Positions 1-16,619 of a stretch of DNA of 64,000 bases are shown one piece after another. A program made the translations under genes and the position numbers. The notes below the pieces were generated by a model. It was not told the DNA's origin, ran no database searches, and saw nothing but the letters and a program-made list of their open reading frames with translations. Each line of letters begins with the position of its first letter. Position 1 is the first letter of the stretch. Source of the stretch: the human T2T-CHM13v2.0 reference genome, Homo sapiens; NCBI RefSeq assembly GCF_009914755.1, contig NC_060933.1, one strand, 5' to 3'.

Positions 1-723
1 ACATCTTACATTTCAGTAACTCTGAAGACAAGATCTGTTACATATTCCCCAGCACTTTCACCTTACAAGATTTATTCCTAAAAAAATATTCTGAATGAAT
101 TGAAAGCTCAGTGTTTGTGATGGGTTATTTTGAGATGAACAACAGTACTATCTTCTCTCAGACGTTTTTCAGCTCACAGCATTAGCTAGGTGACCCGCCA
201 CACACACAAACTAATTAGGCCCTCTGAGAATATTAAAACACAAACAAAACCCTCCAAACCTCCAACTGGGAAGGGGCCTAAGGGACTTTCTAAAGAAATG
301 GGAATGTTTTACATCATAATGGGGCTGACATTCCTGGGTTACATGGGTATAATCACTGGTCAAAATTGTATGGCTGCATTCATGTGATTCAATGTCTGTC
401 AATTTTACCCAAAACAACTATAATGAAGGTCATCATCATGAAGATGGGGTGAGGAACAGATGGCACAAGAATGATGTAATGCTGATAACAAAGCTGGGAG
501 AAGGGTACAGGGGGCTTCACTATACCACTGTGTTTCCTTCTTATATGTTGGCATTTTTCCATAACAAAAAGTTAAAAAACTCAAACCGTTTTCCTTCACC
601 TCCCAAAAAAAGGGGCAACCCTGTTCCCTCCTCACTCCCCACTGATGTATTATCGGATCAAGTAAAATTTGACTATGAGCTTGTCCAATGATGTTCCCAG
701 GTGGTGGGGTAGAGAGGTCTCCT

Positions 724-1010
724 TTTCTTTTTTTTGAGATGGAGTCTCACTGTCACCCAGGTGGGAGTGCAGTGGCGCCATCTCTGCTCGCTGCAACCTC
801 CGCCTCCAGGGTTCAAGCAATTCTCTGCCTCAGCCTCCCGAGTAGCTGGGATTACAGGCACCCGCCACCACGCTCAGCTGATTTTTGTATTTTTAGTAGA
901 GATGGGGTTTCACCATGTTGGCCAGGCTGGTCTTGAACTCCTGACCTCTTGATTACTGACCTCGGCCTCTCAAACTGCTGGGATTACAGCTTTGAGCCAC
1001 CACGCCCGGC
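724..1010 (-). mobile_element. AluS
   Basis: Antisense dimeric Alu with a poly(T) head. Confidence 0.92.
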
Positions 1011-3661
1011 AGAGATCTTTTCAAAAAACACACACCTTCACACACTCTGCTCAGAGCAAGTCACTAATAAATCTCCCACATGTATGAAACTGTACGTGGT
1101 TCAGGTGTGTGGGACTGCAAAAAATACTGAGATCCACAGATAGAGTTTGCCATTACCTTCTTACTCAGAGATCTCTTGCCTCTAAGTTTCTGCTCCAATG
1201 GACAATTAGAAATGATCAGAATTAGAAAGTATCAGAGCAATGCTTTAAGGGGTATTTTACAACCCACAGCAGTAGCACTAAAAAAAAAGTTTGTTGAGGA
1301 ATAAAAAGTACATATCACTGATGTTGCTCAATCATCTTTACTCTGTCAACTCACAACTGAAAGCTGGGGAGCTAGCAATATGTTAGAAGTGATGGATGAA
1401 GAGATGCCACCCTAATTTCTACACAGGGCATGCTACCTCTGCCTGTCTTTAAGGAAAAACATTTTCTTAGATTTAAAAATATTCAATGTAGGATTCTTGG
1501 GAAATGGAAAAGTACAAAAAACAATTAAATAAATCAGCTAATCATACCACACGGTGATAATTTTTGTCTTTCTTGTATAAACATATAAATTACTTTGTTC
1601 AGAATCAGGATTTTACTGTAGTTTTAGGACCTGATTTTAAAAACATTATGCTGTGAGCATTTCTAAATTATTTCGGATTACATGATTTTAATGGAGACGT
1701 TCTGCCTGTGAGTATACCATAAACTACTTATTTCCCTAATGTTGGATTTAGTTGTTTCCTTCATTTGCTTTTTCATATCACAATATGAATATCCTTCAAA
1801 ATGTGACATCATTTCTCGTAAGTTTTTAAAGACAGCACCACAGGAATGGGTCAAAGGGCATGGAATTACTTGGATCCTGGAATGTATCTGCCCATTTGCC
1901 TTCCAGAAAGGCAGTGCCAATTTAAACTCCTTCCAGTGTCATAGGAACACTCTTTGTCTCACCACATCTGTGTTAGCACTGACTATTACTATTAAAAACA
2001 TGCCCTAATTTAACAGGCAAAACTCCTAGCCTAATCTCCTTAATTATTAGTGAGGCCAGGCTATTTTTCACTTGTTCATAGTTATGTGTATTCCTTTTAT
2101 GAACTACTGTTCATATCCACTGACCATTATGGGAACCCTGTAGGAAAGGGGATAAAAAACAATTCATGAACCATGGCGCTTGGAAAATGGACAAAGAAAA
2201 CATTCAAAGTGTTAACGACCAGATTATTTATGTGAAAATGAAACTGAAAATGAATATTTCTAAAAACCAAAATGTAGAGTTACTTAGAAAGCCTGCTCTC
2301 AGCAAGAAAAATATAAATTAGTAAAAAAGTAAAAATTATAAAGTAGAAATAAGTTTCAAGATATTTAATTTTACTTCTTGTTGCTCATTTAAAAAAAAGT
2401 TCTATGGCTTACAGATCTTGTAGAAAAAGAGCACATACAAAACTTGAATCTGATGTTTTCCAAATTTATACAATACTAGGCAAAACAAATGGCAGCAGAC
2501 TGCAGTTCTAGTACTGAAAACAGACTAGCTTTCTATTACTGCATCATCATAAGAAACATCTTTTTATACTTTGTAAAAGAAATTAATCAGTGGAATGGGC
2601 TGTTTTCAGATTTTGCCTATAGATTTTTCTAAATTGTGTAAATGTGAAACGTTAGCCTAGAGCAGAGTTAGTATAAAATGGCAAGATCATGCATATTCAT
2701 CATGAGAATGTGTATATTCATGAAGTGATGCACTTAGGCTGACACCTAAACAAAGATGACAGAATCCTAAATGAATAATGCAAATATTTGGAAAATTGAA
2801 AATTAACACAAAATACACAAAATTAAGAAATGTGATGAGCATTTTTATCATTTATTCTAGTTATGACTGAGTTGCACTGGCAAAGTCCACTTGAAACTGT
2901 GTCTGAGATGAAGACACACATCATGGTGTCCTGCTCAGAACCACAGACCTGAGCTACTTTACTTACCCATGTCATCAGGGGAAAATAAATTGTAATTTTA
3001 ACAATGATGCTCTGAACACACTTCCTCTGTTTCACCCTAATCAGAACACCAAGGAGCTACTTCCAAACCACCATCACCTGGGTTATGTTAGGTTCTTGAG
3101 AGGAAACAGCTGAAAACAGGGCTGCAAGCTGGAAGGAGACCATGTTAGGGGCAGTCATTTCCCACAGGCAGTAGCTGCTCAGAGCAGGATACAGGTGGGG
3201 TGGGGAGAAAGGGCTTCACTTTGTTCATATATTAATATAATAAGCTTGCTGCCATTCTTTCCTCATGTAATTGATACATGATTTATTCTGGTATGAATAA
3301 GCCTATTCTGAATTCACTAGGTACATGTCATTAAAGGCCTAGTAAGTTTTGGTGTCATTATGCCCAGCTATGAGTAGACATCTCCCTGCCTCACTAAGCA
3401 CATGCTGTTTTTCAGCCTCTCTTGATCTCTCAGAAAGCTGCTTGGATTACCTCCCTCCAACTTGCTATATGTAATTACGGCAATGACAAGGCAATTACAA
3501 TCAGACTTGGCTCTCCAACACCAAGTACATTTAATAAGCAGGAACACCTTAATATCCAAATGTGATCCACAGGCAAGTTTTCATGACAAATTACCATTTC
3601 ATATATAATTTAGCTGGTTAGAAAGTACAAAAGAACTGTATAATTTTCTTCAAAAGAATCA

Positions 3662-3838
<177 letters not shown>

Positions 3839-5110
3839 TCAACATTCTCAAAAAGGAATGCTTGTTTTTGTAAGCTGACCAATCACTGATTGTTAACATG
3901 AGCATAGCAAATAAATAAAACATGTTTGAATATTTATACATCATTGTTTGCTCTTCATCCATGAGTCCTTTTCACATAACTACCATATTTAATCTATTCC
4001 AAGAAGCACACTCTCACTATATATTAATCTCTCTGAAATTAGCATGCATCTTACTATGGATGACATATCAGTTTATTCACATACTTTTCTCTTTCTAAGA
4101 AACATAAAATACTGGTGTGCCTCACCATCAGTGGCATCTCTGATATGACTGACACATTACTCTGCCATTATTTTGCCCTGAGAAGTAATACTGGCAGCCC
4201 AGCTAGACAGAAAACTTTTAGACAATGACTATTCTACTGTAGCCAAACACCACAGAAAAAAATGAGGGGTACCCAGCCCCATCTATGTCAGCAAAGGCTG
4301 AGAAGGGAACTTAGACTTTGACCCTCGAGAGGCTGTAACAAGGCGACACACCTCCTAGGGTGTTGTCAGGGAAGGCCAAGTAGGAAGCTGAGCCTTTTAT
4401 TCCTATCAGTTGGTAACAAGTGGACCCCCTCCACCCCCACTGTGGTGTCAGCAAAGAACACATGGAGAGCCCTAACTTCCACCTGCACTTGGGAGTAGTG
4501 GGCACCCTCCCCATCTCCTCCTGGGCAGTGTCACAGGAGGGCGAGTGGAGAGTCAGGACTATTAGCATCACCCAGCAGCAACAAAGAAACCCCCAACGAT
4601 GTCAATGGAGGCCGAGTAGGGCCCCTGAATTGTTCCTCCTCCTGGCAGTATGAGGCAGCAGTCCCCTAGCCCCTTCCCCTGTTGGAATCATGTCAGAGAA
4701 AGCCAAATAAAAGAGATGGCTTAAACTAGACATGGACTACAGCGGCACAATATGAAAGTGTCTAGGTTTCCATCAAATATCCCTTATATCAAGAACCAGA
4801 AGATATCAAGTAGAATGAAACAACAAATGCCAATAGTGAGATGACAGAGATATCAAGATTATCTTACAACAATTTTAGAGCAGCCACGATAAAAATATTT
4901 TAATGAGCCACCATGAAGACACCTGAAGCAAATGAAATAATAAAAAGCCTCAGTGATGAAATGGAAGATACAAAGAAGAGTCCTACAGAGATATCAGAAC
5001 TGAAAAACTAAATTACTAAAATAAGAAGCTTAGTGGATGGGCTCAGCAGCAGAATGGAGGCAGAGGAAGGATCAGTGAACTGAGACAAGCAATAGAAATT
5101 ATTCACTGAC

Positions 5111-5460
<350 letters not shown>

Positions 5461-6705
5461 CTAGAAAGAAATGAACAGAGTCTCAGGGACCCATGGGATT
5501 ATAATAAAAGACGTAACATTTGTGTCATTGGAATTCCAGAAGAAGAGAAAGAGGTGGGGAGCTAAAAAAGTATTCAAATAAATAATGGCTAAAAACTTCC
5601 CAAATTTGTCAAGTGGTTTAAATCTACAGATTAAAGAAGCTGAGCAAAATCCATACGGACTAATGCAAACAAATAGTTGCCAAGGCACATCATAGATGAC
5701 TTCTGAAAACAAATGACAAAAAAAATCTTGAAAGCAGCCAGAGAAAAATGACACCTTATACATAGAGAAAAACAATTTGAATGACGGGAGATTTTTCATC
5801 AGAAACCAGACACCAGAAAAAAAGCATCACAATGTGTTTCTAATGCCGAAAGAAAATAACTGTCAACCCAGAATCCTATAACCAGCAAAAATATCCTTTA
5901 GGAATGAAGGTGAAATCAAGACATTCTCAGTTAAGAAAAATGAAGAATATTTGTCACTAGCAGACCTACCCTAAAGAAATGGCCAAAGGAAGCCTTCTAA
6001 ATAGGAAAAAAGCCATAAAAGAATACTGTTAGATTATCAGGAAGGAGGAAGGAGCACAGTAAGTAAAAAATATGGGCAAATACACTAGGCTTTTTTTCTC
6101 CTCTGGAGTCTTCTAAATTATTTTGGACAGTTAAAGCAAAAATTAAAACACTGATGTGGTTCTCACTGTATGTACAGGAAATATTTAAAACAATTATAAT
6201 GTAAATGAGGCAAATAAAGGAATGTAAAGGAAGGTAAAAGTTTCTACACTTGAATTGGTACAATGACACCAGTAGTCTATTATAATATATGTGTAATGTA
6301 ACACTCAGAGTAATGACTAAAAAAAGCTATACAAAGAAAAAGTAAATTCTAAAAACATGTTCAATTAGCCCACAGAAAGGCAGAAAAGAGAAAATAGAGA
6401 AACACAAAGTAGAGTGAACAAACAAGAAACAAAAAGCAAAATGGCAGACTTTGTTTTAACAGACTTAAACTCTACTATGTCAATAATTACATTAAATGTA
6501 AATGTACAAATACATGATTTAAAGACAGGCAGGTAGAATAAATTAAATAACATGACCCAACTATATGCTGTCTGTAAGAAACTCACTACAAATATAATAA
6601 TATAGGTAGTAAAAAATACAGATTTATACACACAACTATGTAATATAAAAAATAATAAAAAGGGTATCTGACAAAGTAAACTTTGGAAGAAAGAAAATTA
6701 TCAGA

Positions 6706-6741
6706 GTGTTTGCTTTGGCAGCACATACACAAAAAGTGGAA
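6706..6741 (+). pseudogene. 3'-truncated (tailless) U6 snRNA retrocopy
   Basis: GTGTTTGCTTTGGCAGCACATACACAAAAAGTGGAA matches U6 nt 1-36 at 30/36 positions; TSD GAAAATTATCAGA at 6693-6705 and 6739-6751. Confidence 0.85.
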
Positions 6742-9700
6742 AATTATCAGAGACAGAGAAGAACATTATGAAACGCTAAAAGGGTCAATTCATCAAGAAA
6801 ACTTAGTAATCCTAAATATGAACTAAACAAAAAAGCTAAATTTGAGATGCAACCACTGATAAAACTGAAAGAAATAGACAAACCCACAATTACAGTTGGA
6901 AACTTCATTATCCTTCAACAACTGATAGAAGAACTAGACAGAAAATCACCAAGACAGAAGAACCCAAAAACACCATCAACCAAAAAGACTTGACATTTAT
7001 AGAACACTCCACCAAACAGCAGCAGAATACACATTTTTTAAGTGCCCATATAAGATATTCCAAAATAGACTACCGTATTAGCCATAAACCAAACTACAAC
7101 AAATTTAAAGTCCCCAAACACCTGAAAAGTAAACAATACACTTCTAAATAATCCATAGGTCAAAGGGAAAGTGTAAGCTGGGCATAGTGGTGTGTTTTTG
7201 TAGTCCCAACTACCCAGGAGGCTGAAGCAAAAGAATCCATTGAGCCCAGGAGTTCAAGGCCAACCAGAGCAAAATAATGACACCCTATTTCTTAAAACAA
7301 AACAAAAATGAACTAAATACAAATGAAAACACAACACATCAAAATTTGTGAGACACAACTAAAGTAGTGTTGAGAGGGCAATTCATTGCACTAAATGAAC
7401 ATTCAAGAAAAGAGAAAAAGTTTCAAATTAATAATTTAAGCTCTTACCTCCAAATCAAGAAAAAGAACAAAATAAACCAAACGTCAGCAGAAGGCAGGAA
7501 ATAATAGGAGAAATCAATCAATGGAACTGACAATAAAAATACAATAGAGAAAAACAATGAAACAAAGAGCTGATTCTTTCAAAAGATCAATAAAATTGAC
7601 AGACCTCTAACAAGACTGACAAAGAAAACAGGAGAAAAGGCACAAATTACCAATACCAGGAGTGAAACAAGGTATATAACTGTGGACTCTGCAGACATCA
7701 GAATAATACGGGAATACCATGAACAGCACCACACATGTACATCTGACAACTTTTAAGAAATGGACCAATTCCTTGAAAAACACAAACTACCTCAATTCAC
7801 TCAATATGACAGATAATTTGAATAGCCTGATAACTACTAAGGAAACTGAATTCAGAATTAAGATACTTGCAAAAAAGAAATCTCTCCAGGCCCAGATGGT
7901 TTCATGGGAGAATTCTACCAAACAATTAAATAATTAAAAGTAATTCTATACAAATAGCTCCACAAAATAGAAGATAGAACGCTTCCCAATTGATTCTGTG
8001 AAGTGTTATTCTGCTACCAAAACCAAAGTAAGTATCAAAAAAAGTGTATTATAGGACAATCTCCCTCATGAACACAGATTCAAAATCCTTAACAAAAGAC
8101 TGGCAAATCGAATTTAGCTTTTTATAAAAAAAAAATTATACCCCATAACCAAGTGGTATTTATTTCAGGTATGCAAGGCTGGTTCAATATTTGAAAATAA
8201 ATCAATGTTATCCACCACATTAAGAGACTAAAAAAGAAAAATCACATGATCATATCAACCAATACAGAAAAAGTAGTTGACCAACCAAATTCACATTGAT
8301 CTGCAATGAAAATGCTCAGAAAAAAAAGATGAGGTGCAGGAAAGTGAATGTAATAAAGAGCATCTGTAAGAAATCTGCACGTAACATTATACTTATTGGT
8401 GAAAGAGTAAACGCTTTCTAATATCAGGAATAGGGCAAGAATGTCTTCTCTTACTACTTTTAACACAGTCCTGGAAGTTCTTGCCAGTGCAATAAGGCAA
8501 TAAAAGGGAATAAAAAGTAAGTAGATTAGAAAATAAATAAAACTATTTACAGATGACATGACGACTGTCTACATGGAAAATCCTAAGCAATCTAGAAAAA
8601 CAGTTCCTAGAGCTAATTAAGTGAGTTTGGCAAGGTTGCAGGATACAAGCTCAGCACACAAAAAATCCACTTCATTTCTATATTTTAGCAATGAATACGT
8701 GGACATCAAAATTTGTATTTGCAAACCACATATCTGATAAAGAACTATGATCTAGAATGTATAAAGAACTCTCAAAACTCATTAGTATAAAAACAAATCA
8801 TACAACTAGAAAATGGACATGAAAAGACATTTCACTGAAGAGATGGCAAATATGCACATGAATGGATGTTCAACATCATTAGCCATCAGAAAAATATAAA
8901 TTTTTCTATACACCTATCAGACTGGCTAAAAAAGTAGTGATAACACCAAATGCTTCTGAAGATGTGGAGAACCTTGATCATTCATATCTTGCTGATGGGA
9001 ACATAAAATGGTATAGACACTTTGGAAAATAGTTTAGGAGTTCCTTTAAAAACTATGCAATACTATAAACATAGCAACTGCATTCCTTGGCATGTATTCC
9101 ACAGAAATAAAAACTTATGCTCACATAGCATGAATGTATATGAATGTTTAGAGCAGCTTTTTTTTTATAACAGCACAAAGCTGGCAACAACTCAGATGTC
9201 TTTAAAAGGTAACTTCAATAACAGTGGTACCTTCATGCCATGGAGTAATACTCATCAATCAAAAGGAACCAACTCTGGATACAAGCAACAACTTGGATGA
9301 ACCATCAGAGAATTACGCTAAATGAAAAAAGCCAACCCCAAAGTGTTGCCTACTGGATGATTCCATTTGTATAAAATTCTTAAAATAACAAAATTAACAA
9401 ACAGAACAGATTAGTGGTTGCCAGGAGTTAAGGAGTGGGCAGATGGGAGGAATGTGGATGTGGCAACATGAAGGATCCCTGTGGCGACAGAAATGTTCTG
9501 CATCTTGACAATGACAAAGTCAATATCCTGGCTGTGAAACTGTTCGTTTTGCAAGAGGTCCTCACTGGAAGAGACTTAGTAAAAAGTACAAAGGATTTCT
9601 ATATTATTTCTTACAAGTGCTTTTGAATCTACAATTATCTGAATGTAAAAAGTTTAATTTTAAAAAGATCTGTGAAGCAGCATGAACACATACTTAGTGG

Positions 9701-11223
9701 AGTGATAGGACAGACTTAAGTCCATGAATGACCACTGTGCTGAGCCCCACTATTGGCAAAGCATTAACACTGTTTACTGAAAGGAAGGAAATGAAGCATC
9801 ACACAGTGTCTATGCCTGACAAATTTATCAAAACCAATTTACCAAACACCATGTTTACCTCTAGCACTCCTACATTCAAACACATTTCAGGTAGAGTATT
9901 TAAAATTACGTAGCAGAATAAACAGGTTAGCAACTCACTGGAAATGGAAATTTTAAGACACTGGGCATAACACATGGAAGTGAATTTAGCCTATGTTTCC
10001 TAGCAGTTAAAAAAAAAAACACAATGTAGTATTTATCAAAGGAAGCATAGGAGTTCACCAGTAACCATCAACTTTTTCTGGACTTTAAAAGAATTTATAG
10101 TGGGGTGCTTGTGTATAAAGTGACACTGAATGACACTGCAGCTGTCTGTAACTCTGCTTTTACTAAAAACCTAGAAACACTGTTTAAGTCAATGGCGCTT
10201 CAGTTAGTGATGAGTCTTTCACATTATTTTTTAAACTATTTGCCAAAAATTAATAAAAATATTCATTTTTATGGTCACATTAGTATACTACTTAGACCCA
10301 GGACATTTGCTGTAGTGCTCCTAGACTGCTGTAGGGCTATAGTGAGGAATGGGTCACATGTACTGCAGAAGCCCCAGGTAGAGTCAGCTCTGTAGTAATT
10401 ATGATAGAAGGTTCTGTCGCTGCACAAGCGTTCCAACGGTGAGTGGTAAGCAAGAGGCCAGTGCAGGGCTTGAGGGATGCCAGGCTCTGCAACACAGTTA
10501 TCTGGCCCCTATTCTGAGCTCCAGCTTCCTTTCATTCATTTACTGAACTACTGTTTATTGACCATTACTAAATGATAAATACTATTCTAAGTAATGGGCT
10601 CCCAGCAAGAAACAGAAGCAAATAACCACACAGATATAAAATTATAAACTGTTACAAGCTCTACAAAAGAAAAGTACAGTAAGTATGAAGCAAATGAGCA
10701 GAGCAGGGTGCGTGTGAGAGAGTGTGTGTGTCTGTGTGTGGGAGGGAGGCTTGAGAAGCAGGGTGACCTTGACAGGCAGTTTGAGTGCTCGTGTGAGCAT
10801 GGATAAACAAGAACAATAAATTCTCTCTGGCTGTAAGATTTTGTCCACATGCAGCAGGGGTCTTGACCTGCTCTGAGGTGTGGGACGGCCTCCCTGCAGA
10901 GGTGACGTATGTGAAGGATGAGAAGGTTAAGTAGGAGAAGGGAGGAGGAACAGTGTTCTAGTCAGAAAGAGCATGTGCGTGGGCCCCAAGGTGAGAGGAC
11001 ACTAGCATACAGGGCTGGCAAGGCTACAGCTTAAACACCTCAGGGAAAATGGTACAAAATCAGCCTGAAAAAGTGATGCAGAGCTCACAAGATCATACAA
11101 AGGACTTGGGTCTTTATTTTAGGAACAATAGAAGCTCTAAATTGTATTAAATAAAATGTGACAAAATAGGATTTACATTTTAAAAAGATTACTCTGGCTG
11201 TGATGTTAAAAAGGAAAAGAGGA

Positions 11224-12019
<796 letters not shown>

Positions 12020-12451
12020 TCAAAGAAGTGTCCAAGTCACGGCTCCTCTATCCTTAATAAGGTAGGAAGCAAGATCAGCTGAGACCAGGTGACGGGGTGA
12101 ATGGGTGATGAGACATGGAGAGACTTTGCCGGGCAGTCTGACTGACAACGTGAGGTGGTGACCACAGACTAGGATACCACACAGCCACAGAGCTGCACAA
12201 AGAAGGCAGATAGCTGTCCTCATCTGGACATCAATAAATAATTACCATGGCAGATAAATGACTATAGACACCGTTAAGCATCTTTTAAGTGAAGGTTTCA
12301 CAAATTTTGAAACCTTTGGTGAGGTGACTATTTCTTGAAAAACAAAAAGCAGCATTATTTTATGCAGATAACTTCTAATGAAGTATTTCTCTAAGACAGT
12401 CAGTATTATTTCAAAGGAACTGCTATTAGAAAACTACGTAAAGTTTACTTA

Positions 12452-12637
<186 letters not shown>

Positions 12638-15437
12638 CTACTAAAGAACAAATAAAAGAACACAAGCAGTATAATTATCAATACTTTCACCTTATGGCCA
12701 AAATGGAATTGTTTTTAAATGATAGATTATACAAGATCTATTAAAATAATTCTAGGCCCATACAACTTCTAAAATACATGAACTAAATCAGCTACGCATC
12801 TATCTGCAAAATGTGTTACTGGGGCAGTTCCAACTTCTGGTTATGCTTTGATATCACTCTACTGTAAGACTTCAAGGCCTACCAAGTTTCCCTGCATTAA
12901 CTGTCCTTGACCAAAACCATTGAGGTCTCACCAATGTTTGATGTTAACTTATTAATGTCTGTTTGCATTTTAGCAAAAAGAACCCTGTATACTTTGCATC
13001 AAGAAGGTGACACTTACTAGAACTCCAGTAACCACTCCTCTAACAATCTGTGTCAGCATTTAGTAGTGGCACCTCCCATCACTTTCTGGGGCTGGGATTC
13101 TGTCTGAATTTCTTGTAAGTGTAATGAAGAATTCAAATTTATAGTACAAAAGGAAATATAGTCCTTTTATAGATGCACTGTAAGGAGGATGTTGACATAA
13201 TAGTGAGGATAAATTATAATTATTAGACTGACATGTTTTATTTTCCTCTTAAATCATGGCTCCTTACAGCCTTTTACCTCTCAGACTGAACCATGAGGCT
13301 TCATGCCCTCGGACGGAGGACCAGTGATGCTTAGAATAAATAGGCCACTGGCCAGCTTAGAATCTTAAAACTTTAAAACAGCCTTAAAATGAGACATTAT
13401 CAAGGAGGGAAAGGGATTTTAAAAAATTCCCTTAGCTCTTTTAACTATGGCAGGACCCAACCCTGGAGGACTAGATAACAGAGTTTCACCACAGGCCCTG
13501 TGTGGAGAGCGCTCGAAGAAGCCAGGCCCCTCCAGTCTTAGAGCGCTATGGGAGAAAGGAGGGAAATCAGAGGCCACAGAGTTGGATTTTGAGACCCAGG
13601 ATGAGTGAGCCGTGATGTGTCTACTGATGAGAACCCAAGCACAGGCAATGGCAGGCGGTCTGGGCATTCCTGAGCTAGGGGCAGCAGAGAGGGCTGACGG
13701 CCTGGCAGGAGGCAGCATATTTACAGACTTCCTAAAGAACGTTACAAAACTGTTAAAATGAACTATTAATTCCATTCCTATCAAATAGTGATAAAATATG
13801 AGGCATGCTTCTTCCTATTTGTACGTTAACACAGTCAATATCATTTGATTTCCATTACCAATTGGTTATAGTTATTTTATAAAAAGGACACTTTTCATTA
13901 CACCAACATTAAATAAACGTAGGACTTTACAACAACACACAGAGTTTAGAAGAACGTATCCCAGGTGATCTTCGAGTATAAGACCTCTGACACTACGATC
14001 ACATGAAATCCAAGGCCGTGATTCCCTGTATCTGACAGCCGCCCTCTAGGAGAGATGCTATCAGAAAAGGTTTCAGGCAAAATCTAGCAAGAAAGAGGAA
14101 AACAGCCAAGTAGCTGAGCATGGGTTACTCTTGGGTATGTCTTCCTTCTCATCCTCATTACTGTTCTCTGAGCGCCATCACTTTGCCACCTCTCACGTTC
14201 CCAGGTAGGAGGCCTCCTTCAAAGTATAATGGTGCTTCTAATTGAAAGTATCTGCCACAAACCTTCACAGTTCAGCCAGAAGGACAACTCAGGCAACAGT
14301 GGTTTGCTTTCATTTGGTATCTCCATTTCAAAAAGAAAAACATGCTATGTATACAAATTATTTTTGCTAACCACAAAAGGGATTTTAAATCATTCTGTAG
14401 ACTTCTTAGCTCTAAATGACTCCTTTCATCAATGAATGATGAGAATGTAAAACTGAGTATAACCCTGTTTCAGGACTTTAGAGTGAGTTACCCAGTTGAT
14501 GAAAATCAGCATGTTACAAATCTTCCCATCATTAGGTATACTCGTAACTGTTTATATACAGTTGCCATAAGTGGGAAGAAGAATCTCTCAACAATAAATC
14601 AATGACTTACTGGTTCTAGCATAGTCCCAAAAGTTCAAAAAGACTAGTCTTTTCCTTCTATCAGAAGACACTGGGTTTTAGCTGATGTCAGCCTTGCAAA
14701 GCAGGTTTTGTGACAGGTAAATATGGGTAACTGAAGAACTTGTTTCTCTTGATGCTCCTTTGTGCAACGAAGAAACTCTCAACCTAAGGGAGGAGAAGGC
14801 AGCAAGCAGGAAAACTACAAGGGCACTCACTTTTCTTCAACTTTTGATGTCCATATCTTCTGTGTGTATGATCCATTTCACTAACTGGAGCTGTAGATTT
14901 GCATGGAATAAAACTAAAGTACTATATTCTACAATTCACTGTTAGTATTAAACACGGCAGAGAAGTGACCATAGAGGGAGGTGTCCTAGAATGCCTCCGC
15001 ACACCTCACAGCCCTCAGCACTTTCTTGCACTTGCTTATCTGCCTGTCTGGCTCCCTCACCAGAACCTCAGGGACAGGAGGCCTCACTATCTCGGTCATC
15101 ACAGAGCTCAGATTGTAGTTAGGTCTGGGGGTTCAGCCCTGGGCAGCCTTGGTGCCTTCCTCTGTCAAATAGGGGGGATAGTCCTACCTTCCTCAAGGGT
15201 TAGTAGGATGACTGCACAAGTTAATGCTGATAAAACACTTAGAACACTGCCTGGCATGGAACAAGCAATATGCTATTTAAGAGTTTGTTTAATTACATTA
15301 ATACTTGTAGAATAAAAGAAAAGGTTTTATTTTAAAAGCAAAAACCTGGTCACACTTAGGCAATCTTCTAATAAAGCTATGTGAATTCTGAATTGTTAAG
15401 ACTATCTTCCAATAAGAGCCACTTGTTCAGCTTCTCA

Positions 15438-15965
<528 letters not shown>

Positions 15966-16151
15966 TTAGGTACTCACTGGAACATACAGAGCCAAATGTT
16001 TTTCATGTTTTCACATGCGGTATCTTATGTGATCCTTAGCAAAGTGTTCTAAAGCCATGCAAGCAATGATTGTTCCCACTTACACCTGAGAAAACCATGA
16101 TCCCATGACTGGTAAGAGGAAGTGGCAGATCTAGGAATTTTATGACCAAAT

Positions 16152-16619
16152 TGTAAGGTCCCCTGACCAAGCTGCGCCATGGTCAAGCCATCGTGACCCC
16201 TGTGACCCACACGTACACATCCAGAAGGTGTCCTGCAGCCAGAAAATCTGGGACAACAGGAAAACCACAAAAGAAGAAAAACGGCTAGTACCTGTCTTAG
16301 CTGATTAGCCAGCCTTGGGGCATTCTACCATTGTAACAGGCTCTACCCTAACTGATCAATCAACCTCATGACACATGACACTGTGCTCTGTAACCTTGTG
16401 ATAATGTACCTTGTGACATTCTTCCCCTACCTGCAAAATCCAGCCCCTAACTGTAACTTTCCATTGCCTACCCCTAACCTATAAAACCATCTCCAATCCC
16501 ACCACCCTCTGCTGACTCCCTTTTCATACTTAGCTCACTTGCACGCGAGTGAATAAACAGCCTTGTTGCTCACACTTAGCCTGTTCAGGTTGTCTCTTCA
16601 ATTGGACGCATGCATAACA
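16152..16619 (+). mobile_element. 5' LTR of a HERV-F/H-group provirus
   Basis: TG...CA termini; TATAAAA at about 16480-16486; AATAAA at 16552-16557; 5' end resembles LTR7/LTR21-type LTRs; followed by a PBS. Confidence 0.88.
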
